Shown here in pieces: positions 1 to 8,994 of a DNA stretch of 64,000 bases. The notes beneath the pieces are model-generated. The model saw only the letters and a program-made list of their open reading frames with translations. It ran no database searches and had not been told where the DNA came from. This DNA comes from Leptonemataceae bacterium. Lineage in GTDB: Bacteria > Spirochaetota > Leptospiria > Leptospirales > Leptonemataceae. Both the position numbers and the translations under genes were made by a program. The stretch lies in contig OZ245742.1 in NCBI GenBank assembly GCA_965227295.1, forward strand, positions 5,760,001-5,824,000, written 5' to 3'. How positions within the stretch are numbered: the first letter of the stretch is position 1; the number at the start of each line of letters is the position of its first letter.

Positions 1-4
1 TGTC

Positions 5-1894
5 ATGATTACGTTCGCCACGCAGTTTTTTCGCGAGCACAGCGAAACGGTCATTCAGGAGTACAACCTCAGCCTGGCCCAACTGATCGGCCGCAAAGTA
101 GAAGGCGATCTCCGGGAAACCGCCGAGCGCTCGCGTTTCCTGGCGCAGCTCCTGGACGAGCCGGCGATTTCGGACGAACGCCTGCAAACTTACGCCGGGC
201 AATTGTTTGCAGACGATGCCGGATGTATCTTCGTCGCCGTCGGTGAACGCAGCGGCGACAACCTGGTTCTCCGCTATACCTGGAAAAACCCCGCCTTCGA
301 TGCGCCCGCAGAATCCGTACAGGATCTACGCACGCTCATTACCGGTCCCGGCAAACTCACGAACGTTTACTCCGCCGCCCTGGCCGGGACCGTCTCCGTA
401 CGAAACATCTCGGCCGAAGCCGGCTTTCCGTTGCTGGCCCTCGGACTGCCGGCAAACGCCGACGGCCGGGCCGGCAATCGCGTGCTGATCATCCTGCTCG
501 ACTCCAACGGTTTGCTGCGTACGTTTCAGGAAACCGGACGCACCGAACTCTTTGATCTGTTCATGGTCAACGAAACCGGACGCATCCTGGCGCACTCCGA
601 TCCGGCCATGACCGCCGCCGGCACCAACGCCGGCGACGTTCCCATTGTCGCCACGCTTCTGGGGAACGGCAGCGTGAACGGCTCCCAGAAGTACGCCTAC
701 GATGGCGTCCTTCAGCGCACGACGAACCCAGGAACGCAGGAATACCTGGGAAGCTACCAGCACCTGGACTTCGGACGTCTGGCGGTGGTATCCACGGTGG
801 AAGCGGATCGGGTCTTCGAAGCGGTGTACGCGATTCGCCGCTGGAATCTCAAACTTACGCTGATCGTACTCTTGTGCGCGTTCGTGTTCGTCTTCTTTTT
901 CTCGCAGACACTCAGTCGACCCATCCGCCGGCTCGTAGACGCGACCCGGGAAATCGAACGCGGACACTATCACGTAGAAATCGAACCCGTGAGCCGGGAC
1001 GAGGTCGGCGTTCTTACGAAGGCTTTTCGTTCCATGGCGAAGGGCCTGGAAGAAAAGGAGCGTGTGAAGAACACGTTCGGTAAGTTCGTGAATCCGGAGA
1101 TTGTACGGAGAGCTATGGAAGGTGATCTAAAACTCGGCGGTGAGAACAAAATCAGCGCCGTTCTTTTTTCCGATCTTCGGAACTTCACGGCCATGTCCGA
1201 AAACATGCCGCCGGAACGAGTGGTGGCGGTCCTCAACGATTACTTCACGCACATGGTGGACTGCATCCATGCCCGCTTCGGCGTCGTAGATAAGTTCATC
1301 GGCGATGCGATCATGGCGCACTGGGGCGCTTTGCTTTCCAACGGCAACGATACCGAGAACGCCGTCAACGCGGCCCTGGATATGCGCGAAGCGCTGCGCC
1401 ACGTAAACGAAAATCTCGGCGTTCACAACGGCCGCGGCCCGCGCCTGCAAATCGGCATGGGCATCAACACCGGGCCGGTCCTCGCCGGACAGATCGGATC
1501 GGAAACGCGTCTCGAGTACACCGTCATTGGTGACACGGTCAACCTGGCGTCGCGCATCGAGTACTTAAACAAACACTTTGGTACGGACGTACTGATTTCG
1601 GAGTACGCCTATCGCATGGTGGAAGGTTCTTTTCACGTGGTGGAAATGCCGGCCATCCGCATCAAAGGCAAGAGCCGACCTGAAGTTGTCTACGCCGTTC
1701 TCGGTCGCCTGGAAGATGCGAATTGCCCGGAGAATCTGCACGAGTTGCGTCTGCGCTACGGCATCGATTACGATCCGGAACGCGCCATGAAGTACATGGA
1801 AGCGTCGAGCGACCAGTTCGTCAGCGAAACGGAACTCTCTCACGGCAGCCGGCGTAACGGCAAAGCCGTTCGGCCCGGAGCGAGGTCTCCATGA
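5..1894 (+). CDS. Membrane class III adenylate/guanylate cyclase with Cache-like sensor and HAMP domain (N-terminus probably outside the window)
   Basis: TM helix, HAMP (SRDEVGVLTKAF), cyclase motifs FSDLRNFT, DKFIGDAIMA, GINTG, YTVIGDTVNLASRIE. Confidence 0.93.
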   Translation: MITFATQFFREHSETVIQEYNLSLAQLIGRKVEGDLRETAERSRFLAQLLDEPAISDERLQTYAGQLFADDAGCIFVAVGERSGDNLVLRYTWKNPAFDAPAESVQDLRTLITGPGKLTNVYSAALAGTVSVRNISAEAGFPLLALGLPANADGRAGNRVLIILLDSNGLLRTFQETGRTELFDLFMVNETGRILAHSDPAMTAAGTNAGDVPIVATLLGNGSVNGSQKYAYDGVLQRTTNPGTQEYLGSYQHLDFGRLAVVSTVEADRVFEAVYAIRRWNLKLTLIVLLCAFVFVFFFSQTLSRPIRRLVDATREIERGHYHVEIEPVSRDEVGVLTKAFRSMAKGLEEKERVKNTFGKFVNPEIVRRAMEGDLKLGGENKISAVLFSDLRNFTAMSENMPPERVVAVLNDYFTHMVDCIHARFGVVDKFIGDAIMAHWGALLSNGNDTENAVNAALDMREALRHVNENLGVHNGRGPRLQIGMGINTGPVLAGQIGSETRLEYTVIGDTVNLASRIEYLNKHFGTDVLISEYAYRMVEGSFHVVEMPAIRIKGKSRPEVVYAVLGRLEDANCPENLHELRLRYGIDYDPERAMKYMEASSDQFVSETELSHGSRRNGKAVRPGARSP

Positions 1895-3621
1895 GCGGGC
1901 CGGGCAATACCGGCGAACGGCGGGACCGCTACGTGATCGGTGTAGCGCTGTTGATCATCGGCGCCCTGGTTTACTCGCTGTACCTGGATCGTTATCGCCG
2001 CCTGGAAGCGGGCAACGCGCAATTGATCGGGGAGATGGTGCATCACTCCGGCTCGACCCGCCGCCGCTACGCCGATCGCGCGCTGTGGGAAAGCGCGTCC
2101 ACCGGCGATTCGCTCTACGATCGCAATCTGATTCACACCGGTCAAGACAGCACGTCGCATCTGCGCCTGAGCGACGGCACGCGCATTGAGCTGGGACCGC
2201 AAACATTGATTGTGTTGCACTTACGGCCCGCACCGGATCGCCCCGGGCCGGCCATTGAACTCCGCAAAGGCTCCGTGCGCGTGCATCGCCTGCGCCCGAA
2301 GAGCGCCTATCGCGGCGAGTTGATCGTTCGACACGGCGAACGCTCCGCCGGTATGAAGAACGGGAGCGTAAACTTTCAGAGCGTTTCGGCCACCGACGAT
2401 GCCGGCAACCACACGGCGGCGTTGCGGGTTCATCCGGAGCTGGGTCTCGTCCATCTGTATGACGACGGCGCAAGCGTGGACAGCATCGGCCCCGCCGAAC
2501 ATGCCCTGCTGCTGCCGAAGGAAAGCCGCGCGGATCGCCCGGCGGTGCAACTGCTGCATCCGCCGCAGGGCGCCCTGCTTTCCACGGCGGAATCGAATCT
2601 CAACGTCACCCTGCTCTGGAAACGCAACGGCGGGGAAGAGCGGCGCGGCGGAGAACTCAAGATCGCGAAGGATCCAGGTTTTACGAATGTGGTCCGACAT
2701 CGTGCTCTGAGTCCGACGTCGGTCGAAGACGGCCGCGCGGACGTGAATCTGTCGCCCGGGGTCTACTACTGGACCCTTGCCGCGAAAAACGCCGGCGACC
2801 CTGCCGTGGGATTCTTTCGCGTGCAAAGTACAACGGAAAAACACCTTACGAATCTTCAGCCGCAGCGAGTGGATGCGGAACGCATCGCTTTCCACTGGGA
2901 ACGCGACCCGCAGGCCCTCTACTATCGCCTCGAAGTTTTTTCCGGGGACGGACGATCGTTGCTGAGCAAGAAAGTACAGAGCAACTTCGCGACCCTGCGC
3001 CTCACGGCGGGGGACTATTCCTATCGCGTCAGCAGTCGGCGATCGCCCCACTCCGGCGAACCCGGCCTGGAAAGCGATGCCATGGCGTTCCGACGCCTGG
3101 AAGGCGGCGACATCGAACTACAGAATCCTCCGGAACACCGGGTCGCCGGCGTACGAGCGGAGCGCCGTCGCGTTCCGACGACATCGCGGCCGCAGACGCT
3201 GCAGTTGCTTTATCCTTACAACGGCGCCACGGTGGACATGGCCGACGTGAATGTCGTCGCGTTTCACTGGAGCAAGGGCCGGGCCGACGGTGTACGGTTT
3301 CGCCTCTACGACGTCGGCAACGGCCGCGCCCTGTTGCACGAAGAAACGGTCAACGGCAATCGACTGAACTTTCAGGACCTTCGCAAACTTACGAACGGTG
3401 GCAGTTACGAGTGGGAGCTGGAAGGTTACGGTCGCGCCCGGTTCCGCATCTCGCTCAGCGTGCAGCCGGATCGTCCCGAGTTCGTGCGCGACACGGAGGC
3501 GGAACCGTTAACGCACGCAGGCAATACCCGAAACCGGCCTGGATCATCGGCGGGGCCCTCGTCTGCGCAGCCGTGCTCTTGCTATGGCCGAGGCCCCTCG
3601 CCCCGCGGAACGCCGCGCTGA
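1891..3621 (+). CDS. FecR-domain membrane protein with C-terminal Ig/FN3-like repeats (true end may be 3510)
   Basis: ATGA overlap with the cyclase stop; N-terminal TM; FecR-like IHTGQDSTSHLRLSDGTRIELGPQT; repeated LLxP..W..Y.W modules. Confidence 0.8.
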   Translation: MSGPGNTGERRDRYVIGVALLIIGALVYSLYLDRYRRLEAGNAQLIGEMVHHSGSTRRRYADRALWESASTGDSLYDRNLIHTGQDSTSHLRLSDGTRIELGPQTLIVLHLRPAPDRPGPAIELRKGSVRVHRLRPKSAYRGELIVRHGERSAGMKNGSVNFQSVSATDDAGNHTAALRVHPELGLVHLYDDGASVDSIGPAEHALLLPKESRADRPAVQLLHPPQGALLSTAESNLNVTLLWKRNGGEERRGGELKIAKDPGFTNVVRHRALSPTSVEDGRADVNLSPGVYYWTLAAKNAGDPAVGFFRVQSTTEKHLTNLQPQRVDAERIAFHWERDPQALYYRLEVFSGDGRSLLSKKVQSNFATLRLTAGDYSYRVSSRRSPHSGEPGLESDAMAFRRLEGGDIELQNPPEHRVAGVRAERRRVPTTSRPQTLQLLYPYNGATVDMADVNVVAFHWSKGRADGVRFRLYDVGNGRALLHEETVNGNRLNFQDLRKLTNGGSYEWELEGYGRARFRISLSVQPDRPEFVRDTEAEPLTHAGNTRNRPGSSAGPSSAQPCSCYGRGPSPRGTPR

Positions 3622-4409
3622 TCGAACGCACGGTGGAATGGCATCCCGTCCGCGGCAGTTCCGGTTATCTCATCCAGGTTCGCGGCGGGGACGGCACGCT
3701 CCTCGTCGAACGCGAGGTCTCGGATCCCCGCGCCGAACTGCTCTTAAATGAAGGTGAGTATCAGTTACGCGTCGCCTCGCTGAATAAATTCGGCGAACCG
3801 GCCTCCTGGTCCGGCTGGACCAAACTGAGCATGAGTTCCACCAGGGAACAACCCCGGCCGAAGCTGCGCCCCGCGCCGCGCGCGGGGCCGCCCCCGGAAA
3901 TCACCGAAGCTCCGACTGAAACGGAGAAAGTCGCAGAGGAAGGTTGGGGCTGGCAAATCTTCGTACCTGGTCTTACGCAATTCCAGCGCGGTCAGTGGGG
4001 ACGCGGCGGTGCGTATGTCGCCGCTTTCACGGGATTGGCCGCCGCGGGTTACGGCGCCTACCAGAGCGGCAACGGAATTGCCTCGGCGGCCGCGTCTCGA
4101 AACGTGCTCTATTTTCCGGCGGCGTTTTCGGGACAGCCGCTCTTCGCCCTCTATCTTGTGCAGGAGGATGCGGCCGGCCGTGCGACTTATGCCGGTGCCC
4201 GGGCACAGCAACGCACGGTCGGCCTGCTCGCTCTCGGCCTCTATCTCTTTCAGATTTTCGACGCCGTCTATCCGGGCCCGGACCCGGAGGTAGAGGAGCA
4301 GTCCTTCTGGAACATCGATACATTCACGAGGGCGGCACCGGCGCACTTCGCGGCCGGTCAGCAGCCCTTAGACCAGGGAGCATCGATACGTTTTACGTTT
4401 ACGTTTTAG
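3507..4409 (+). CDS. Exported/membrane protein with FN3-like domain, Pro-rich linker and C-terminal hydrophobic domain (start uncertain)
   Basis: Hydrophobic N-terminus WIIGGALVCAAVLLLW; FN3-like VEWHPV..GY..GEYQLRVASLN; FVPGLTQF..G motif; C-terminal FTFTF; GGAGG at 3495-3499. Confidence 0.7.
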   Translation, partial: VNARRQYPKPAWIIGGALVCAAVLLLWPRPLAPRNAALIERTVEWHPVRGSSGYLIQVRGGDGTLLVEREVSDPRAELLLNEGEYQLRVASLNKFGEPASWSGWTKLSMSSTREQPRPKLRPAPRAGPPPEITEAPTETEKVAEEGWGWQIFVPGLTQFQRGQWGRGGAYVAAFTGLAAAGYGAYQSGNGIASAAASRNVLYFPAAFSGQPLFALYLVQEDAAGRATYAGARAQQRTVGLLALGLYLFQIFDAVYPGPDPEVEEQSFWNIDTFTRAAPAHFAAGQQPLDQGASIRFTFTF

Positions 4410-4423
4410 TTAAGATCAAACCA

Positions 4424-5113
4424 ATGCAACTTAAGGCTTGTACATATTCTTTGCTGTTCGTCGCCGCCCTGGCAGGCGGGGCGTGTTCGCAGCCGTATCC
4501 CGACGCTCCCGACGAAGTACTCATGCTGTCCTTCTTGAGCGTCGCCCCGGCCGTGGCCGCCGCCGCCGATGCCGCGGATCCCGAGAACAACCCCATCGTG
4601 CTGAAAAAGATCTTTTACACCAGCGCAAGTTTCAACGGCAACCTGGGCGGGGTCACCGGGGCGGACGGTTTGTGCGGGGCGGACGCCAATCGTCCCGACG
4701 GCTCGACGTACCACGCAATGCTGGTCGACGGCACGAATCGCATCGCCTGCACCAACGCAAACTGTACACCCGCGAACGCAAGCGACGGAACGAACTGGGT
4801 CTTCGCTCCGAACACTACGTACTACCGTAACGTAAGCGGAACGCTGCAGCCGGTCATCACCACGAACGCGAACGCCGTCGTGGACTTCGGCTCCGCCACG
4901 CTCATGAACAACGGCTTCTCGGACAGCCCGGCGGACGAGTGGTGGACCGGCATGGGCGCGGGCTGGAACGCGCTTAACGATTGCTCGGACTGGGGCAGCG
5001 GCGGTGCCGGCAACGGCGAGACGGGAGCCGGACAGGCCGTGGACGGCGACGCCGTCGCTCTCGGAACGCCCACGTGTTTCTTAAGCTATCGTCTGGTCTG
5101 CGTGGAGCAGTGA
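4424..5113 (+). CDS. DUF1554 (Len/endostatin-like) lipoprotein
   Basis: Lipobox AGGA-C; NGNLGGVTGADGLC, YHAMLVDGTNRIAC, WVFAPNTTY, WTG and terminal LVCVEQ, typical of leptospiral DUF1554 proteins. Confidence 0.85.
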   Translation: MQLKACTYSLLFVAALAGGACSQPYPDAPDEVLMLSFLSVAPAVAAAADAADPENNPIVLKKIFYTSASFNGNLGGVTGADGLCGADANRPDGSTYHAMLVDGTNRIACTNANCTPANASDGTNWVFAPNTTYYRNVSGTLQPVITTNANAVVDFGSATLMNNGFSDSPADEWWTGMGAGWNALNDCSDWGSGGAGNGETGAGQAVDGDAVALGTPTCFLSYRLVCVEQ

Positions 5114-5116
5114 GGA

Positions 5117-5443
5117 TTATACGGGATTGACGTCGACGATCTTCGTAAATTCCACGAGTTCGAGGATCGAGTGGATTTTACTCTTAACATTTACGAAGCG
5201 AAACGTAATGCGACCGCGGCTCTTGTCCGTGATGATGCGGTACATGTTTACGAGTTCGGTGATGCCCATCGAGTTGAGGTAATCGACGTGTTTGAAGTCC
5301 ACCTCGATGGACTCCACACCGGACAGATCGTCTTCATATTCGCGCATGGCGTCGGCAATCTGACCGCTGCCGTCGATGCGGGGGACGTGGACCAGCACTG
5401 AGAGTTGCGTCCCGTCCTTCTCTTTCGTGATTTCAATATGCAT
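5117..5443 (-). CDS. STAS-domain anti-anti-sigma factor
   Basis: 108 aa; VDFKHVDYLNSMGI motif with phosphoacceptor Ser. Confidence 0.85.
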   Translation of the reverse strand: MHIEITKEKDGTQLSVLVHVPRIDGSGQIADAMREYEDDLSGVESIEVDFKHVDYLNSMGITELVNMYRIITDKSRGRITFRFVNVKSKIHSILELVEFTKIVDVNPV

Positions 5444-5482
5444 GGGATGTTTACAGAGTGCGAAGGCGAGCCGGCGCGCCTG

Positions 5483-6148
5483 CTACGCTTCGACGAGACC
5501 GGCCTTGATGGCGTACTTCACCAGGTCGGCGACCTTGTGGACGTCCAGTTTCTTCATGATGTTCGCCCGGTGCACCTTCGCGGTCCGCGGAGAGATCCAC
5601 AGGGCTTTGGCGATTTCTTCATTGCTCATGCCCTCGGCGATGAGCTTCAGGATTTCGCGCTCCCGATTGGTGAGCACCGAAAACTGCTGCGCGATGGGAG
5701 CGTCGTTGTCCTTCCGGCCGCCGGCGCGAAAATCCGACATGACCTTCTTCGCAATGCGCGGACTGAGATACGTCTCGCCCTTCAGCACCGCCTCCACCGC
5801 GCGGAGCAAGTCGTCTCCGGCCTCTTCTTTGACGATATAGCCGTGAATGCCGTACTTCAGCAACTGATAGACGTACTCTTCGTTATCGTGCCGCGAGAGG
5901 ACGATGATCTTAATGTCCGGATGATAGCGTCGCAGCTTGCGCGTGACTTCGATGCCCGTGGTCACCGGCATGGAAATGTCCATGACCGCGATGTCCGGCT
6001 TCAATTGCTCGATGGCTTCCAGCGCCTGCTGCCCGTCTCCGGCCTCACCGACCACCTCGCAGTCAGGCAGCGTCGTGAGGATGTGCTTCAGGCCCTCACG
6101 CAGAATCGTGTGGTCGTCAGCCAGAAATATGCGAACAGGCTTGCCCAT
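5483..6148 (-). CDS. NarL/LuxR-family response regulator
   Basis: REC domain (LADDH, MDISMP) plus LuxR HTH (LTNREREIL..GMSNEEIA..ISPRTAKVHRANIMKKL). Confidence 0.95.
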   Translation of the reverse strand: MGKPVRIFLADDHTILREGLKHILTTLPDCEVVGEAGDGQQALEAIEQLKPDIAVMDISMPVTTGIEVTRKLRRYHPDIKIIVLSRHDNEEYVYQLLKYGIHGYIVKEEAGDDLLRAVEAVLKGETYLSPRIAKKVMSDFRAGGRKDNDAPIAQQFSVLTNREREILKLIAEGMSNEEIAKALWISPRTAKVHRANIMKKLDVHKVADLVKYAIKAGLVEA

Positions 6149-6217
6149 ATCTTACAATACTATCTATCATCGGGGACAGCGGCGAAGCGGGCAAACAAAA
6201 AAAGGTTGTCCAATCGG

Positions 6218-7552
6218 TCAAAACTCGGGCACGACCGCTTCATTTTCCGGGAAATCATACCAGTTTCGCGCCGACACGCCTCCGGAGCTGTACCAATCAT
6301 CAAACAGCGGATACGCCGGATGAATATTGCCGCGTTCGTAGGGCCAGCGCCAGTCCCCCGGTACCATCAGCGCCCAGGGAAAACCCGCGGGATCGACGAA
6401 ACGATCGGCACCGCCGTCGTCGAAGTAACGCCCGGCGAAATGGATGTCGTGACCGGTGTTCAGCACACGGAGAAAAAGATCGTACGGCATGGCTCCGAGG
6501 TCCGCGCGCTGCAGCGGCGCCGCCGGCGTAATCTCGAAATTCGCGCGCTCTCCGGTGCGAAACTCACCGGCGTTCGGCGCGGTGTTCGAAGCGGAGATCG
6601 TTCGGTCGCTGCGCGGCATAAGTTCCACTCCGGTGAAGTTAGCAACGATGCGATCCTCGCTGTGCACGACGTTTTCGAGTTCATCGTAACGCATGAGCCG
6701 CAGCCGCGCGTTTTCCGCTCCCGGCAAGGTCAAATGCAGCGTATGTTTGTAGCCGGCTCCGCGGGCGACGTGCACGATTTCGCCGCGCAGGCCGACGATG
6801 CGCCCCCGGGCGTCCAGGTCTTCTTCGTATCTCAGGCGCAGCACGTAATCGTTGAAGTCGGCGTCACCCTGGCGCGGATACAAATCCTCGAAGGCGATGG
6901 TGTAGTGCTGCAACGGCGGCGAAGGATAACGCACCATGGTTGCGCGGGTCGGGTCGTCCGGATAATGGTCCTGATCGTCGGGAATGCCGTCCCCGTCCCG
7001 ATCCATCACCGGTACCGGGCCCACCATCGCCATAATGTTCAACGTGCGGCGAATTTCCTGGACCATGGTAAGATCCACCTGTTGCCGATAGGTCTGACCG
7101 GCGAACTGATATTCGATGATCACCGCGGGCACGGCGCGGTTGATGGTGATGCTTCCCGTGGCGTTGCCGTTCGCGTTCGTAGCGGCCTGAAAGAGCACCT
7201 GCTCACCGGTGCTGTTGTCCACCAGTTCAAAGACGCGCACGCGACTGCCTTCCACGGGGGCCACGGCATCGACGACGGTTATGAAGACATCCACGGTCTG
7301 CGTGGTTTCAAAGAGAAAGTTCGGATCGCCCACCAGGTCGTCGATTTGAATGGAGAAGGGTACCGTTTCCGTTTCCCCGGCGTTCACGTCCGCCGGCTCG
7401 ACTTCGGCCCCCGGCGGCGGCAGCACCGCGGCCAGGCCCACCAGCCAGGCGTAGTTCTCGTCTTCCGGAGACGAACAGGAGCCGAGACCGAATGCGAGCA
7501 CGATCGCAAAAAGCAAGCGGATGATGGGACGAATAAAACTGCGCGCGTTCAT
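6218..7552 (-). CDS. LruC/DUF4842-domain lipoprotein
   Basis: Lipobox GLGS-C; DRDGDGIPD..D.YPDDP; TIAFEDLYPRQGDADFND; FPWAL..P; AYP.F..W..SGG. Confidence 0.85.
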   Translation of the reverse strand: MNARSFIRPIIRLLFAIVLAFGLGSCSSPEDENYAWLVGLAAVLPPPGAEVEPADVNAGETETVPFSIQIDDLVGDPNFLFETTQTVDVFITVVDAVAPVEGSRVRVFELVDNSTGEQVLFQAATNANGNATGSITINRAVPAVIIEYQFAGQTYRQQVDLTMVQEIRRTLNIMAMVGPVPVMDRDGDGIPDDQDHYPDDPTRATMVRYPSPPLQHYTIAFEDLYPRQGDADFNDYVLRLRYEEDLDARGRIVGLRGEIVHVARGAGYKHTLHLTLPGAENARLRLMRYDELENVVHSEDRIVANFTGVELMPRSDRTISASNTAPNAGEFRTGERANFEITPAAPLQRADLGAMPYDLFLRVLNTGHDIHFAGRYFDDGGADRFVDPAGFPWALMVPGDWRWPYERGNIHPAYPLFDDWYSSGGVSARNWYDFPENEAVVPEF

Positions 7553-7573
7553 ATAAAACTCCTGCACGCAATT

Positions 7574-7602
7574 ATTAAAATACGGTTAGCCCGCTTTTGC
7601 AA
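7574..7602 (-). promoter_or_regulatory. Putative sigma70 promoter of the LruC-domain gene
   Basis: Minus strand TTGCAA-17 nt-TTTAAT, then AGGAG RBS before ATG 7552. Confidence 0.5.
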
Positions 7603-7710
7603 TAAGTCGGGAGGACTAGATACTCTAAGGTTCGAGGTGTAGTTTTACGTAAGCCCTGGATTACTAAATATGCTTTAGCATTTGCGATTAAGGTGTTGAT
7701 TTAACCTTCT

Positions 7711-8982
7711 TTATGTCGCGGTGCGTTCCGCCGCGGCCAGGGCCGCGAGGCGGCCGGAGGTCCATGCGCTCTGAAAATTGAAGCCTCCGGTGATTCCATC
7801 AATATCAAGGATTTCACCCGCAAAGAACAGACCCGCGTGACGCCGGCTGGCAAACGTGCGCAGATCAATCTCGCTTAGCTTTACACCACCGGCGGTTACG
7901 AATTCTTCCTTAAATACGCCCTTACCGCTCACCGTAAATACCGTCCGCCGCAGAACGTCCGTAACCCGCTGCACCCCGGCCGACGGCATCTCCGCCCAGC
8001 GCAATTCCGCAATCCCCGCGGCAGCGGCGATCCGCCGCCAGAGTCGACCCGGCAGATGTTGCTGCAAACGCGGCTGTTCGCCGCCGGCCTTGCGGGCCCC
8101 GGCCGTCGTCTTTGCCTCGATAATGGCATCGCGCACTTGGTTTTCGTTCTGCTCCGGACAGAAATCGATACTGAGCTTCGTGTTGTACTCCAGGGCATGG
8201 AGTTCCCGGGCCGCGAAGGCCGACAGGCGCAAAATCGCCGGACCGCTGACGCCCCAGTGCGTAATCAGCAACGGCCCTTCGGCCGCATAGCGCGCACGTT
8301 GCCGGCGTTCGCCGACGTCCGGCAGACTCACCCGCGCGCGCGGAACGCTGAGCCCGGCAAGATCGTTCCAGCCGTCGCGAAGTTCGAACGTAAAGATCGA
8401 GGGTATCGGCGCGACAATTTCATGGCCGAGTTGTTCGGCCAGCCGGAATCCGCGCCGATCCCCGCCGCACGCTAATATTAACTGCTCGCATGTTAGTTGT
8501 CTGCCGCCGGATGTTTCCAGGGCAAAGCCCTCATCCTCCGCGCGCACGGAGCTGATCGCCGCATTCGTAAAAAGATCCACGCCGGCCCGGCGGGCGGCGT
8601 CCGACAGCGTACGCACAATGTCGTTCGAGTCGTCGGATTCCGGAAAGACCCGGCCGTCTTCCTCGGTCTTGAGGGCGACGCCGCGCGCGGTGAACCAGGC
8701 CATGGTGTCCCGGGCGCCGAAACGACTCAACGGGCCGCGCAGTTCACGCGAGCCGCGCGGATAGTGGGCCGAAAACTCCGCCGGGGAATCCAGAAAGCGG
8801 CCGTGGGTCACATTGCAGCGCCCGCCGCCGGAAATGCGCACCTTGTCCAGGAAGCTTCGCCCCGCCTCAAAGATCGCAACGTTACGCAAGCCGGTCTCCG
8901 CGGCCGTAACGGCGGCGAAGAATCCCGCGGCGCCGCCGCCGACAATGATCAGAGAATAATGACTGCGTTCGTTGCCGGTCAT
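7711..8982 (-). CDS. HI0933/YhiN-family flavoprotein
   Basis: GGGAAG, KVRISGGGRCNVT, EEDGRVFP, LITHWGVSGPAIL, VTAGGV, GGFNFQSAW. Confidence 0.93.
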   Translation of the reverse strand: MTGNERSHYSLIIVGGGAAGFFAAVTAAETGLRNVAIFEAGRSFLDKVRISGGGRCNVTHGRFLDSPAEFSAHYPRGSRELRGPLSRFGARDTMAWFTARGVALKTEEDGRVFPESDDSNDIVRTLSDAARRAGVDLFTNAAISSVRAEDEGFALETSGGRQLTCEQLILACGGDRRGFRLAEQLGHEIVAPIPSIFTFELRDGWNDLAGLSVPRARVSLPDVGERRQRARYAAEGPLLITHWGVSGPAILRLSAFAARELHALEYNTKLSIDFCPEQNENQVRDAIIEAKTTAGARKAGGEQPRLQQHLPGRLWRRIAAAAGIAELRWAEMPSAGVQRVTDVLRRTVFTVSGKGVFKEEFVTAGGVKLSEIDLRTFASRRHAGLFFAGEILDIDGITGGFNFQSAWTSGRLAALAAAERTAT

Positions 8983-8994
8983 ACACCTCCGCGC

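Noticed and set aside
5405..7642. 745-aa plus-strand ORF and other long antisense ORFs (e.g. 29589-30842, 31204-32958, 41871-43310)
   Set aside because: Shadow frames opposite well-supported genes; expected with high GC3; no recognisable motifs
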